Origin: Leifsonia sp. Root112D2
GTDB taxonomy: Bacteria > Actinomycetota > Actinomycetes > Actinomycetales > Microbacteriaceae
DNA length: 24,000 nucleotides
Assembly: GCF_001424905.1 (NCBI RefSeq)
Contig: NZ_LMCU01000001.1
Coordinates: 1,148,641 to 1,172,640 of the forward strand
Direction of reading: 5' to 3'
Shown: one piece after another, positions 1-8,196 of the stretch
How positions within the stretch are numbered: the stretch's first letter is position 1
How the letters are laid out: each line of letters starts with the position of its first letter
Program-made: the position numbers and the translations under genes
Notes under the pieces: model-generated
What the model was told of the DNA's origin: nothing
The model's input: the letters and a program-made list of their open reading frames with translations, nothing else
The model's database searches: none

Positions 1-1
1 G

Positions 2-415
2 CTGATGGGCGCATACATCAGCCGCTGGAGCGCATCCACCCGCGACCAGGTCGCGGCGATCTACGAGATGTTCCCCGTGCTCGGAGAGATGAAGGGCCGC
101 CTCGCCGGCGCGCTGTCGGGCGGGCAGCAACAGATGCTCGCCATCGGTCGCGCGCTCATGTCGAAGCCCAAGCTGCTCGTGCTCGATGAGCCGTCGATGG
201 GGCTGTCGCCCAAGCTGGTGGACGAGGTGCTCGCGGTGGTGCAGCGCCTCAACAGCACGGGCATGAGCATCCTGCTGGTGGAGCAGAATGCCAAGCTCAC
301 CTTCGAGGCAACCACGCAGTGCTACGTGATGGAGAACGGCGAGATCGTCATGGACGGCCCCGCCGATTCTCTGCGCCACGACCCGCGCGTGCGCCAGATC
401 TACCTGGGGATATAA
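2..415 (+). CDS. livF: Branched-chain amino acid ABC transporter ATP-binding protein (LivF-like), C-terminal part; 5' end lies outside the window
   Basis: Frame is open to the left window edge. ABC signature LSGGQQQM, Walker B LLVLDEPSMGL, H-loop region LLVEQN and a LivF-type tail RVRQIYLG. Stop TAA at 413-415. Confidence 0.85.
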   Translation: MMGAYISRWSASTRDQVAAIYEMFPVLGEMKGRLAGALSGGQQQMLAIGRALMSKPKLLVLDEPSMGLSPKLVDEVLAVVQRLNSTGMSILLVEQNAKLTFEATTQCYVMENGEIVMDGPADSLRHDPRVRQIYLGI

Positions 416-435
416 CGAACACCGAGACCCGGGCG

Positions 436-1689
436 ATGCCGCTGTGGGCGGGGAGAACTTTCGCACTGCTCGGAATAGTTCTTCTCGCCCTTAACCTGCG
501 CACCGCCGTCGCGGCGCTCTCGCCGATCGTCGCGATGATCAACAACGACGTTCCGCTGGACAACGCCGGGCTCGGCGTGCTCGGAATGCTGCCCCCGGTG
601 GCCTTCGCCGCCTCCGCTCTTGTGGCGCCGATGCTGGCCAAGCGCGTGGGCCTGGAGCGCCTCGTGGTGCTCAGCATTGCGGTGGCCGTGGTTGGCCACC
701 TGCTCCGGGCGGTTTCTGGATCGTTCGTGGTGCTGTTCGTGGGGTCGCTGCTCGTGTTCGTGGCCATGGGGGTGGGCAACGTCGTGCTGCCGCCTCTGGT
801 CAAACGGTATTTTCCCGACCGGATCGGCATGGTCACCTCGCTGTACGCGACGATCAATGCGGTGGGCATGGCTGTTCCCCCGCTCGTGGCCTTTCCTCTT
901 GCGGATGCCGCCGGCTGGCGGCTCTCGCTCGGAATCTGGGCGGTACTGGCGGTGCTCGCACTGTTCCCGTGGATCGGTGTGCTCGTGCAGAGCCGGCGCG
1001 AGCGGGCCGAGCGCGTGGAGCGGGAGGCGGGAGCAGAGCCGGAACCGGTGGCATCCGCTGCACTGCACAGCCAGATCTGGCGTTCGCGCACCGCGTGGGC
1101 TCTTGCGCTGGTCTTTGCCGTGGTTTCGTTTCACGTCTATACGTTGTTCGCGTGGTTGCCGCGGATGCTGGTGGAATCGGCCGGGCAGACGCCCGCCACC
1201 GCCGGTGCGCTGCTCGGTCTGTACTCCGCCCTGGGCTTTCCGGTGGGAATCATCGTGCCCATGATGATCGTGCGCATGCGCAATGTCTCGTGGATGATCT
1301 ATCTGGGCGCGGTGGGCTTCGTGCTGGGCTATCTGGGCTTCATCTTCGCGCCGTCGCTCGCGCCCTGGCTGTGGATCGTGCTGATCAGGGTGGGATCGGT
1401 CATGTTCCCGGCCTGCCTCGTGCTGATCAACCTGCGGTCGCGCACCCCCGTTGGCTCGGCCGCCCTGAGCGGATTCGTGCAGGCCGTCGGCTATGCGCTC
1501 GCGGCGCTCGGCCCGCTTCTGGTGGGCCTGTTGTATAACGCTGACACCGGATGGCTGGGTGCGTACCTGCTGCTCATCGCCACGGTGGTGGTCGCCTTCG
1601 TCGCCGGATCCATGCTGCGCACGCCACGATTCGTCGAGGACGAACTGCGCGAGGTCGCCCGCACGCACCAATCATCGACCCCGCTCTAG
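436..1689 (+). CDS. MFS transporter (CynX / cyanate-permease-like subfamily)
   Basis: Taken from track ORF 319..1689. ATG at 436 avoids overlap with livF. About 12 hydrophobic segments. The N-terminus LLGIVLLALNLRTAVAALSPIV...GLGVLGMLPPVAFA is typical of CynX-type MFS. GC3 is high. Confidence 0.8.
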   Translation: MPLWAGRTFALLGIVLLALNLRTAVAALSPIVAMINNDVPLDNAGLGVLGMLPPVAFAASALVAPMLAKRVGLERLVVLSIAVAVVGHLLRAVSGSFVVLFVGSLLVFVAMGVGNVVLPPLVKRYFPDRIGMVTSLYATINAVGMAVPPLVAFPLADAAGWRLSLGIWAVLAVLALFPWIGVLVQSRRERAERVEREAGAEPEPVASAALHSQIWRSRTAWALALVFAVVSFHVYTLFAWLPRMLVESAGQTPATAGALLGLYSALGFPVGIIVPMMIVRMRNVSWMIYLGAVGFVLGYLGFIFAPSLAPWLWIVLIRVGSVMFPACLVLINLRSRTPVGSAALSGFVQAVGYALAALGPLLVGLLYNADTGWLGAYLLLIATVVVAFVAGSMLRTPRFVEDELREVARTHQSSTPL

Positions 1690-1720
1690 AACGGTCGACC
1701 GCACGAGAAAGGTTGTTTTC

Positions 1721-2605
1721 ATGGCACACCGACAGATCGGCATCGCCCACCTGACGATGCTGCAGCTTACGCCGCCCGAGCTGGTGGCAACGGCCGCCGA
1801 GGCCGGCTACGACTTCGTGGGTGTGCGCGTTGCGGTGGCCACCGCAGGCGAGACGCCGTATCCGATGCAACCGGGTTCGGCGATGTCGAAAGAGACGCTC
1901 GCCCGACTCGACGACACGGGGCTGCGCGTGCGCGACATCGAGTTTCTGGTGCTCGACGCATCCGCGGGCCCGGCGCTCTGGATGCCCGCGCTCGAGGCCG
2001 GGGCGGCACTCGGCGCGAGTTCGGTGAGCGTGGTCGGCGGCGATGACGATCTCGGCCGACTCGCGGACACCCTGGCCCGGCTCACCGAGGATGCGCGGCC
2101 GTATGGCATCCTTCCCACGCTGGAGCCGATCAGCTACCAGGTCGTGCGTTCGATTCCGGATGCCGCGCGCCTCGCCCGCGGTGCCGGCGCCGCTATTCTC
2201 GTGGATGCGCTGCACCTGCAGCGCTTCGGCGGCAGCGTCGAGCAGGTTGCCGCTCTCGAACCGGAGCTGGTTCCCATTCTGCAGATTTGCGATGCGCCGC
2301 TGGCGACGCCGGAGCATTTGGATCCACCCGCGACGATGCCGCAGGGAATGACCACCAATGGTTCGGTTCTGCAGCTCGAGGCGCGCGCATTGCGCCTCGT
2401 GCCGGGAGAGGGTGAGTTGCCGCTACGCGAGCTGATCGCCGCGGTCGCCGCCGACACCCCCATCAGCGTCGAGGTTCCCAACGCCACCCTGAGCGCGAGA
2501 ATGTCGCCCGTCGATTTCGTTCGGATGAATCTGGTGGCGGTACAGGCATTGCTCGCTGAGCGCGGCGAGTCGCTCGGGCAGGCCGGGGGAGAGGGCGCAC
2601 GGTGA
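1721..2605 (+). CDS. Xylose-isomerase-like TIM-barrel protein (sugar phosphate isomerase/epimerase family; possibly a dehydroshikimate-dehydratase-like enzyme, unproven)
   Basis: Taken from track ORF 1493..2605. ATG at 1721 is preceded by GAGAAAGG. The ~294-aa size and the alternating beta/alpha pattern (IGIAHLTM..., YDFVGVR, LEPISY, ILQICD) fit the AP_endonuc_2-like fold. The stop overlaps the next start (GTGA). Confidence 0.7.
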   Translation: MAHRQIGIAHLTMLQLTPPELVATAAEAGYDFVGVRVAVATAGETPYPMQPGSAMSKETLARLDDTGLRVRDIEFLVLDASAGPALWMPALEAGAALGASSVSVVGGDDDLGRLADTLARLTEDARPYGILPTLEPISYQVVRSIPDAARLARGAGAAILVDALHLQRFGGSVEQVAALEPELVPILQICDAPLATPEHLDPPATMPQGMTTNGSVLQLEARALRLVPGEGELPLRELIAAVAADTPISVEVPNATLSARMSPVDFVRMNLVAVQALLAERGESLGQAGGEGAR

Positions 2606-4437
2606 TGATCGCTGATGAGCCGGGTGCGGCATCCGCCCCTGCAGGGCCGCGCACCGCAGCAATCGACTGTGACGTTCTCGTCATCGGCTCGGGGGCCGGC
2701 GGGCTGTCTGCTGCGGTGACGGCCGCGTTCCACGGGCTGAAGGTGATAGTCGTGGAGAAAGAGGAGAAGTGTGGAGGCGCCACCGCATTCTCCGGTGGCT
2801 GGATGTGGGCGCCGCGTAATCCGCTGGCTGTCGCCGACGGCGTGAAGGAGGATATCGAGCTGCCCCGCGAGTACCTGCGGCAGCGCCTCGGCGAGAACTT
2901 CGATGCGGCCCGGGTCGACGCATTGCTCGAGGCGGTGCCGCACATGGTCGGCTTCTTTCATACGAAGACGAAGCTGCAGTTTGTGCCCGGCAGCTCGATC
3001 TCCGACATCTACGGCAAGACGCCCGGTGCCGGAACCGGGCATCGTTCGGTGGCGCCCAAGCCGATCAACGCGCGTCGGCTTAGTAAGACGGTGCGCGCGA
3101 CGATGCGTCGCCAGCTCTACGAGACCTCGTTTCTGGGCATGGGCATCATGGCCGGCCCTGATCTGCGGGCCTTTCTGTTCGCGATGCGCGGCGACGCGAA
3201 GGCGTTGTGGCATGCAACGTGGCGCGTGGGGCTGCACCTCTGGGATCTTCTGACCCATCACTACGGGCTGCAGCTCGTCAACGGCACGGCACTCATCGGC
3301 CGTCTCATGCAGTCGGCCGAAAACCTGGGCGTCGACATCCGGGTGTCGTCGCCCGCGCTGCGGCTGACGACGGATGCCGGGCGTGTCACGGGCGCGGTCG
3401 TCGCCTCTCCCAGAGGTGGGCCGGGCGACGAGCAGGGCGGCGAACTGAGCATCCACGCCCGCCTTGGTGTCGTGCTGGCCACCGGCGGCTTTCCGAACGA
3501 TGTGGCACGACGCAAACAGTACTTTCCCCGCGTGCCTACCGGCGAGGAGCACTGGACGCTGGCGCCGGCCGGCACCTCGGGTGACGGCATCACGCTGGGC
3601 GAGTCGGTCGGTGGGCACCTCAATCACAATGTGGCGGCACCGGCGGCGTACTGCCCCGTCTCACTCGTTCACTATCGCAACGGCCGAGTCGGCGTCTTTC
3701 CACACATCATGGACAGGGGCAAGCCGGGGGCCATCGGCGTGCTGAAGAACGGCAGGCGCTTCGTGAACGAGGCCAACGGCTACCACGACTACGTGCTCGG
3801 CATGCTCGCCGCGGTTCCCGAGGGTGAGCCCGTCGAGTCGTGGCTCGTTGCCGACCACACCTTTCAGCGGCGGTATCCGCTGGGCATGTCGAAGCAGCGG
3901 CCGGTTCCCACCTTCCCGTACCTGCGCAACGGTTACCTGACGAAGGGCCGCACCATCGAGGAACTCGCGCGCAACTGCGGCATCGACCCTGCCGGTCTCG
4001 CCGCGACGGTCGTCGAGTTCAACGCGAACGCCCGCCGGGGCGCCGACCCGCTCTTCGAGCGTGGCGAAACACCGTTCAACCGCTACGCGGGTGACCCCAC
4101 AGTGAAGCCGAACCCCTCACTGGCACCGATCAAGACCGGCCCGTTCTATGCCGTCAAGGTGCTCCCGGGCAGTTTCGGTACATTCATGGGGCTCGAGACG
4201 GACGCGCGTGCGCGCGTTCTCGGCGACGGCGGCAAGCCGATCGCGGGGCTGTATGCCGTCGGCACCGACCAGGCCAACGTGATGGGCGGCCACTACCCGG
4301 CCGGCGGCATCAACATCGGCCCCGCCATGACCTTCGGCTATGTCGCCGGACGCGACCTTGCCGGCGCTACCGCCTACGAGGACGGCCGAGACGCTGCGGT
4401 GGAGAATGGTTCGCATGGATCTTCAGCTCAGCGGTAA
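2602..4437 (+). CDS. FAD-dependent oxidoreductase, FAD_binding_2 / KstD (3-ketosteroid dehydrogenase)-like flavoprotein
   Basis: GTG start at 2602 overlaps the upstream stop. N-terminal dinucleotide fold DVLVIGSGAGGLSAAVTAAFHGLKVIVVEKEEKCGGATAFSGGWMW. The C-terminal motif GLYAVGTDQANVMGGHYPAGGINIGPAMTFGYVAG is typical of the family. Confidence 0.85.
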   Translation: MMIADEPGAASAPAGPRTAAIDCDVLVIGSGAGGLSAAVTAAFHGLKVIVVEKEEKCGGATAFSGGWMWAPRNPLAVADGVKEDIELPREYLRQRLGENFDAARVDALLEAVPHMVGFFHTKTKLQFVPGSSISDIYGKTPGAGTGHRSVAPKPINARRLSKTVRATMRRQLYETSFLGMGIMAGPDLRAFLFAMRGDAKALWHATWRVGLHLWDLLTHHYGLQLVNGTALIGRLMQSAENLGVDIRVSSPALRLTTDAGRVTGAVVASPRGGPGDEQGGELSIHARLGVVLATGGFPNDVARRKQYFPRVPTGEEHWTLAPAGTSGDGITLGESVGGHLNHNVAAPAAYCPVSLVHYRNGRVGVFPHIMDRGKPGAIGVLKNGRRFVNEANGYHDYVLGMLAAVPEGEPVESWLVADHTFQRRYPLGMSKQRPVPTFPYLRNGYLTKGRTIEELARNCGIDPAGLAATVVEFNANARRGADPLFERGETPFNRYAGDPTVKPNPSLAPIKTGPFYAVKVLPGSFGTFMGLETDARARVLGDGGKPIAGLYAVGTDQANVMGGHYPAGGINIGPAMTFGYVAGRDLAGATAYEDGRDAAVENGSHGSSAQR

Positions 4438-5212
4438 ACGCGCCATCATCACCGGAGGCAGCCGGGGCATCGGCCTGGCCGTCGCGAAAGCCCTCGCCGC
4501 AGAGGGTGCAGATGTGGTGCTGGCAGCCCGCGGTCACGCGGAGCTCGATCTGGCCCGTGCCGCAGTTGAAGAGCTCGGCCACAAGGTAATGGCGATCCCG
4601 ACCGACACGAACGACGACTCCTCGGTGCAGGCGCTCGTCGCAGCGGCGGTGGAAGGCCTCGGCGGTGTAGACATCCTCATCAACGCTGCCGCACGGGCCG
4701 CCACGCCCGGCAGCCCCCGGATGCTCGCCGACCTTCGTGACGAAGACCTGCGGGCCGAGATCGAGACAAAGGTGCTCGGTTGCCTGCGCACGGCGCGCGC
4801 GGTGGCACCCCTCATGGTGCAACAGGGCTGGGGGCGCATCGTGAACGTCAGTGGCCTCGCCGCCCTGAACGCCGGCAACACCTTCGGGTCTATGCGCAAC
4901 GTGGCGGTTGCCGCGATGACCAAGAATCTGGCCGACGAGCTCGGCGCGGCGGGCGTGAACGTGACGGTCGTGCATCCGGCTCTCACCCGCACCGAGCGCA
5001 CACCCGCCCTGATCGACGCCACGGCGGCCGCGCGCGGAACCACCCTCGGTGAGGCCGAGGCGCTGCTCGGCGGCGGCTCGACCATCGGGCGCATGGTGAC
5101 GGCCGAGGAGGTGGCGGACGTGATCGTCTTCCTCGCCTCCCCGCGCAGCGTGGCCATCACGGGCGACGCCATCCCGGTCGGCGGCGGAACCCCTGGGCCC
5201 ATCCGCTACTGA
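4415..5212 (+). CDS. Short-chain dehydrogenase/reductase fold protein, atypical (no catalytic Tyr)
   Basis: Taken from track ORF 4340..5212. ATG at 4415 has GGAG 10 nt upstream; an alternative ATG lies at 4406. TGGSRGIG cofactor motif, NAAA, IVNVSG and TKNLADELGAAGVNVTVVHP. The start overlaps the 3' end of the preceding gene. Confidence 0.85.
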   Translation: MDLQLSGKRAIITGGSRGIGLAVAKALAAEGADVVLAARGHAELDLARAAVEELGHKVMAIPTDTNDDSSVQALVAAAVEGLGGVDILINAAARAATPGSPRMLADLRDEDLRAEIETKVLGCLRTARAVAPLMVQQGWGRIVNVSGLAALNAGNTFGSMRNVAVAAMTKNLADELGAAGVNVTVVHPALTRTERTPALIDATAAARGTTLGEAEALLGGGSTIGRMVTAEEVADVIVFLASPRSVAITGDAIPVGGGTPGPIRY

Positions 5213-5229
5213 AGACGCGGAATGGAAAA

Positions 5230-6126
5230 CTACTGGGCCAGTTCGCGCTCGGCGATCAGTTCGAGAAAGTGGGCGCGCATCCGTGCCGCGTCGGGTTCGA
5301 TTCCGGTGATCAGGCGCATTCCCGCGACGGCCTGTCCCACGTTCATGCGGCCGCCGTCGAGGGTGCGCAGGCCGTGGGCACGGGCGTTCAGCAACACCTG
5401 GGTCTCGATGGGAAAGTAGACCACGTCGGCGACCCAGGCATCCGCCCGCAGCCGCGCAACGTCGAACGCGACACCGGGGTGATTGGTCATGCCGAGCGGG
5501 GTGGCGTTGATGACGCCGTCCGCACGGGCGAGCGTACCGGCCACCTCGTCGGGCCCGTTCACGAGCACCTCGCGATCGGGGAAAAGCTCTCGCAGCCTCT
5601 GAGCGAGCCCCTCGACGCGCTCGGGCACGAGATCGGTGAGCGTGAGCTGCTGCGTGCCGAGCGCGAGCATCGCATAGGCGGAGGCCGAGCCGGCGCCGCC
5701 ACCGCCGAACTGCACGACGTTCTCGAGGGCGGCATCCGGAAGCCCGTCGAGAACGCCGTCACGAAAGCCCACCCAGTCGGTGTTGTAACCGATGAAACGG
5801 CCGTCGCGGATGAGAACGAGGTTGACCGCTCCGAGGCGTTCGGCGTCGACATCCACCTCATCGAGGTACTGCATGACGAGCTGTTTGCACGGATGCGTGA
5901 TGTTCAGCGCCGAGAAGCCCTCGTCGCGTGCCTCATGGAGCAGCCGCCCGACGCTCTCGGCGGGCTCGTTCAGCTCGAGCAGGTCGAGCAGCCGGTATTC
6001 GTAGTCGAGGCCGAGTTCGTGGGCCTCGCTCTCGTGCAGCGGCGGCGACAGCGAGGGGCCGATGCCCTCGCCGATGAGGCCGACCAGGTAGGCGGTGCTC
6101 GGGACTGAAGCGTTTTCGGCGTCCAC
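5230..6126 (-). CDS. aroE: Shikimate / quinate 5-dehydrogenase (AroE/YdiB family)
   Basis: C-terminal 298 codons of the 770-aa track ORF. GTG start at 6126-6124 with GAAGGG ~9 nt upstream. Motifs LIGEGIGPSLSPPLH, NITHPCK, GYNTDWVGF and the Rossmann segment FGGGGAGSA. Confidence 0.85.
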   Translation of the reverse strand: MDAENASVPSTAYLVGLIGEGIGPSLSPPLHESEAHELGLDYEYRLLDLLELNEPAESVGRLLHEARDEGFSALNITHPCKQLVMQYLDEVDVDAERLGAVNLVLIRDGRFIGYNTDWVGFRDGVLDGLPDAALENVVQFGGGGAGSASAYAMLALGTQQLTLTDLVPERVEGLAQRLRELFPDREVLVNGPDEVAGTLARADGVINATPLGMTNHPGVAFDVARLRADAWVADVVYFPIETQVLLNARAHGLRTLDGGRMNVGQAVAGMRLITGIEPDAARMRAHFLELIAERELAQ

Positions 6127-6351
6127 GGTGACTGACCCTTCAAAAGAACGGATGTTGTCGATAGCATAGCAAGAAGAGTTCAACTGACGAATAAATGTAC
6201 GCACAACGAACACGACCGCGGAACGCTCATCGAACCGCCACTCCAGGCGAGCCGGTAAGCGCAGCACGGGCCGACACCGATATGCTCGCGGCAGCCGAGC
6301 TCGACGGATAATCTGGATCGACTTCGAGGAATGGAAGTAGGGCGTCCTGCA
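6127..6351. promoter_or_regulatory. Divergent promoter/operator region between aroE-like and double-aroQ genes
   Basis: 225-bp non-coding gap, visibly AT-richer than its flanks. It contains the tandem ATAGCATAGC (6161-6170), a TTC-N7-GAA dyad (~6179-6191) fitting a T-N11-A LysR-type box, and the hairpin GCTCG-N7-CGAGC (~6283-6299). No site can be assigned with certainty. Confidence 0.4.
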
Positions 6352-7290
6352 ATGACACGACCACGCGTTCTGGTGCTGAACGGACCCAACCTCAATTTTC
6401 TCGGGCGGCGTGAACCGGCGCTCTATGGCTCGGTCACTCTCGACGCCGTCACCGAATCGCTCGCGGGCTTGGCGGCCGGGCGCGGCGTGAGTCTGGACTG
6501 CCGCCAGAGCAATAGCGAAGCTGTGCTGATCGATGCGGCGCAGGAGGCGATGAGCGACTTCGATGCCGTGATCATCAACGCGGGTGGGCTCAGCCACAGC
6601 TCGGTGGCGCTGCGCGACGCGCTCGCAATGCTGCCGGTGCCGGTCGTCGAGGTGCACGTCACGAACATTCACGCTCGCGAGGAGTTCAGGCACCACTCCT
6701 TCATCTCGGATGTCGCTGCCGCCGTGATCGTCGGCGCGGGAACGAACGGCTACCTGCTGGCGCTCGAGCACGTGCTGTCGCTGCTGCCAGCTGCTCAGCC
6801 GGCTGCGCATCCGGGCACGGATGCCGGTGCAGCCGGCGGGTCGCAGGCATCCGCTCTGGTTCTCAGCGGACCGAATCTCAACTTTCTGGGGCGGCGCGAA
6901 CCGGGTCTCTACGGTGATGTCACCCTCGACCAGATCGGCGAGCGAGTAGCGACCGAGGCGACGAGGCTCGGCATGACGGCGGACTTTCGGCAGAGCAACA
7001 GCGAGTCTGAGCTCGTGGATGCCGCACAGGAGGCGATGAGCGCCTTCGACGCCGTGATCATCAACCCCGCCGGGCTGTCGTTCACCTCTATACCGTTGCG
7101 CGATGCGCTGGCGATGCTGCCGGTGCCGGTCATCGAGGTGCACATCACGAACATCATGGCGCGCCCGGCCGAGTACCTGCATCACTCCCACATCTCGCCG
7201 ATCGCCACCGCGGTGATCATGGGTGCGGGCGCGCACGGTTACGAGTTGGCGCTGCAGCAGGCGGCGCATCTCGCCGCGGAGAAGCACTGA
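6352..7290 (+). CDS. aroQ: Tandem-fused double type II 3-dehydroquinate dehydratase (two DHquinase_II modules in one polypeptide)
   Basis: Taken from track ORF 6331..7290. ATG at 6352 gives MTRPRVLVLNGPNL; the ATG at 6331 has its SD directly abutting. Module 1: LNGPNLNFLGRREPALYG, INAGGLSHSSVALRDA, EVHVTNIHAREEFRHHS. Module 2: LSGPNLNFLGRREPGLYG, INPAGLSFTSIPLRDA, EVHITNIMARPAEYLHHS. A Pro/Ala/Gly linker joins them. Confidence 0.85.
   Translation: MTRPRVLVLNGPNLNFLGRREPALYGSVTLDAVTESLAGLAAGRGVSLDCRQSNSEAVLIDAAQEAMSDFDAVIINAGGLSHSSVALRDALAMLPVPVVEVHVTNIHAREEFRHHSFISDVAAAVIVGAGTNGYLLALEHVLSLLPAAQPAAHPGTDAGAAGGSQASALVLSGPNLNFLGRREPGLYGDVTLDQIGERVATEATRLGMTADFRQSNSESELVDAAQEAMSAFDAVIINPAGLSFTSIPLRDALAMLPVPVIEVHITNIMARPAEYLHHSHISPIATAVIMGAGAHGYELALQQAAHLAAEKH
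6364..7263 (+). repeat. Intragenic tandem duplication, period 486 nt (162 codons), two copies
   Basis: Nucleotide-level similarity between the copies, e.g. caggaggcgatgagcg at 6541 and 7027, and GGA of the GPN motif at 6382 and 6868. A one-codon insertion in copy 2 lies near 7165. Confidence 0.85.
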
Positions 7291-7305
7291 TCGGTCGGGT
7301 GGCCC

Positions 7306-8196
7306 ATGGAACTGCGGTGGATCGAGGCGTTCATCGCTGTCGCCGAGGAACTGCACTTCGGCCGGGCCGCGCAGCGGTTGGGGCTGGCGCAGTCGCCGCT
7401 GAGCCAGACGATCCGGCGGCTGGAGCGCGAGCTCGGCGCTCCACTCTTCGAGCGCAGCACGCGCTCGGTCGCCCTCACCGGTGCCGGTGTCGCGTTTCTG
7501 CCGCACGCCAGAAAGATGCTCGGTGAGCTCGACCTTGCGCATCGATCCGTGCGCCAGATCGAGCAGGGCGAATACGGTCGGGTCACCATCGGCTTCTCAG
7601 GCGCGCTGAACCACCTCACGCTGCCGCCGCTCACCCGGGCCGCGCGCGGCCGGTATCCGGGGATCGAGCTGACCCTGGTCAACCAGCTGGTCACCGAGGA
7701 TGCGATCAGGCGGCTGCACAACGGCGAGATCCACTTGGCCTTCGTCGGCCTGCCGCTCGAGTCACCGCCCCTGGCAACTCGTGCGATCTCGAGGGAGCCG
7801 CTGGGTGCGACGCTACCCTCCGACCATCCGCTGGCCCGTCGTGCCGAGTTGACGGTGGCCGAGCTCGAAGGCGAGGATTTCGTCTCGCTGCCGGTGAGCC
7901 GGGGCTCGACGGTGGGCGAGAACCTCGTGCGGGCGTGCCTCGGGGCCGGGTTTCGGCCGCGAATCGTTCAGGAGATCGTCGACCCGTACACCGTGCTCTC
8001 GTTCGTTGCCGCCGGCGTCGGCATCAGCCTCATGCCGCAGTGCATGCAGCCGATCATGCCCGCCGGCTCAGTGTTCATTCCGTTGCGCGGCGACGTTCCC
8101 GTTCAGGAGGCGGGCCTCGCCTGGAACCCCGACGATGTCTCGCCGGCCCTCGCCTCGATTCTCGCGCTCGCCGAGGAGATCCTGCCCACGCCCTAG
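7306..8196 (+). CDS. LysR-family transcriptional regulator
   Basis: N-terminal wHTH MELRWIEAFIAVAEELHFGRAAQRLGLAQSPLSQTIRRLERELGAPLFERSTRSVALTGAG, followed by a ~200-aa effector domain. It lies 15 nt downstream of the aroQ stop. Confidence 0.9.
   Translation: MELRWIEAFIAVAEELHFGRAAQRLGLAQSPLSQTIRRLERELGAPLFERSTRSVALTGAGVAFLPHARKMLGELDLAHRSVRQIEQGEYGRVTIGFSGALNHLTLPPLTRAARGRYPGIELTLVNQLVTEDAIRRLHNGEIHLAFVGLPLESPPLATRAISREPLGATLPSDHPLARRAELTVAELEGEDFVSLPVSRGSTVGENLVRACLGAGFRPRIVQEIVDPYTVLSFVAAGVGISLMPQCMQPIMPAGSVFIPLRGDVPVQEAGLAWNPDDVSPALASILALAEEILPTP

Noticed and set aside
319-435. N-terminal extensions offered by the ORF track: 319-435 (MFS), 1493-1720 (TIM barrel), 4340-4414 (SDR), 12862-12951 (ADH), 16705-17139 (flavoprotein) and 20876-20986 (SBP).
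   Set aside because: The extensions overlap upstream genes, a terminator or an operator, or the opposite-strand regulator. They are Arg/Pro-rich. Internal starts with SD sequences give N-termini typical of each family.
6127-7542. The upstream 470 codons of the 770-aa - strand ORF 5230..7542, including an internal repeat (…HLDDRHRQH…VDDHG…AHRLL… twice).
   Set aside because: Only the last 298 codons match shikimate dehydrogenase. The rest is antisense to the double aroQ and the LysR start, and its internal repeat mirrors the aroQ duplication. A good GTG plus SD at 6126 gives a normal-length AroE.
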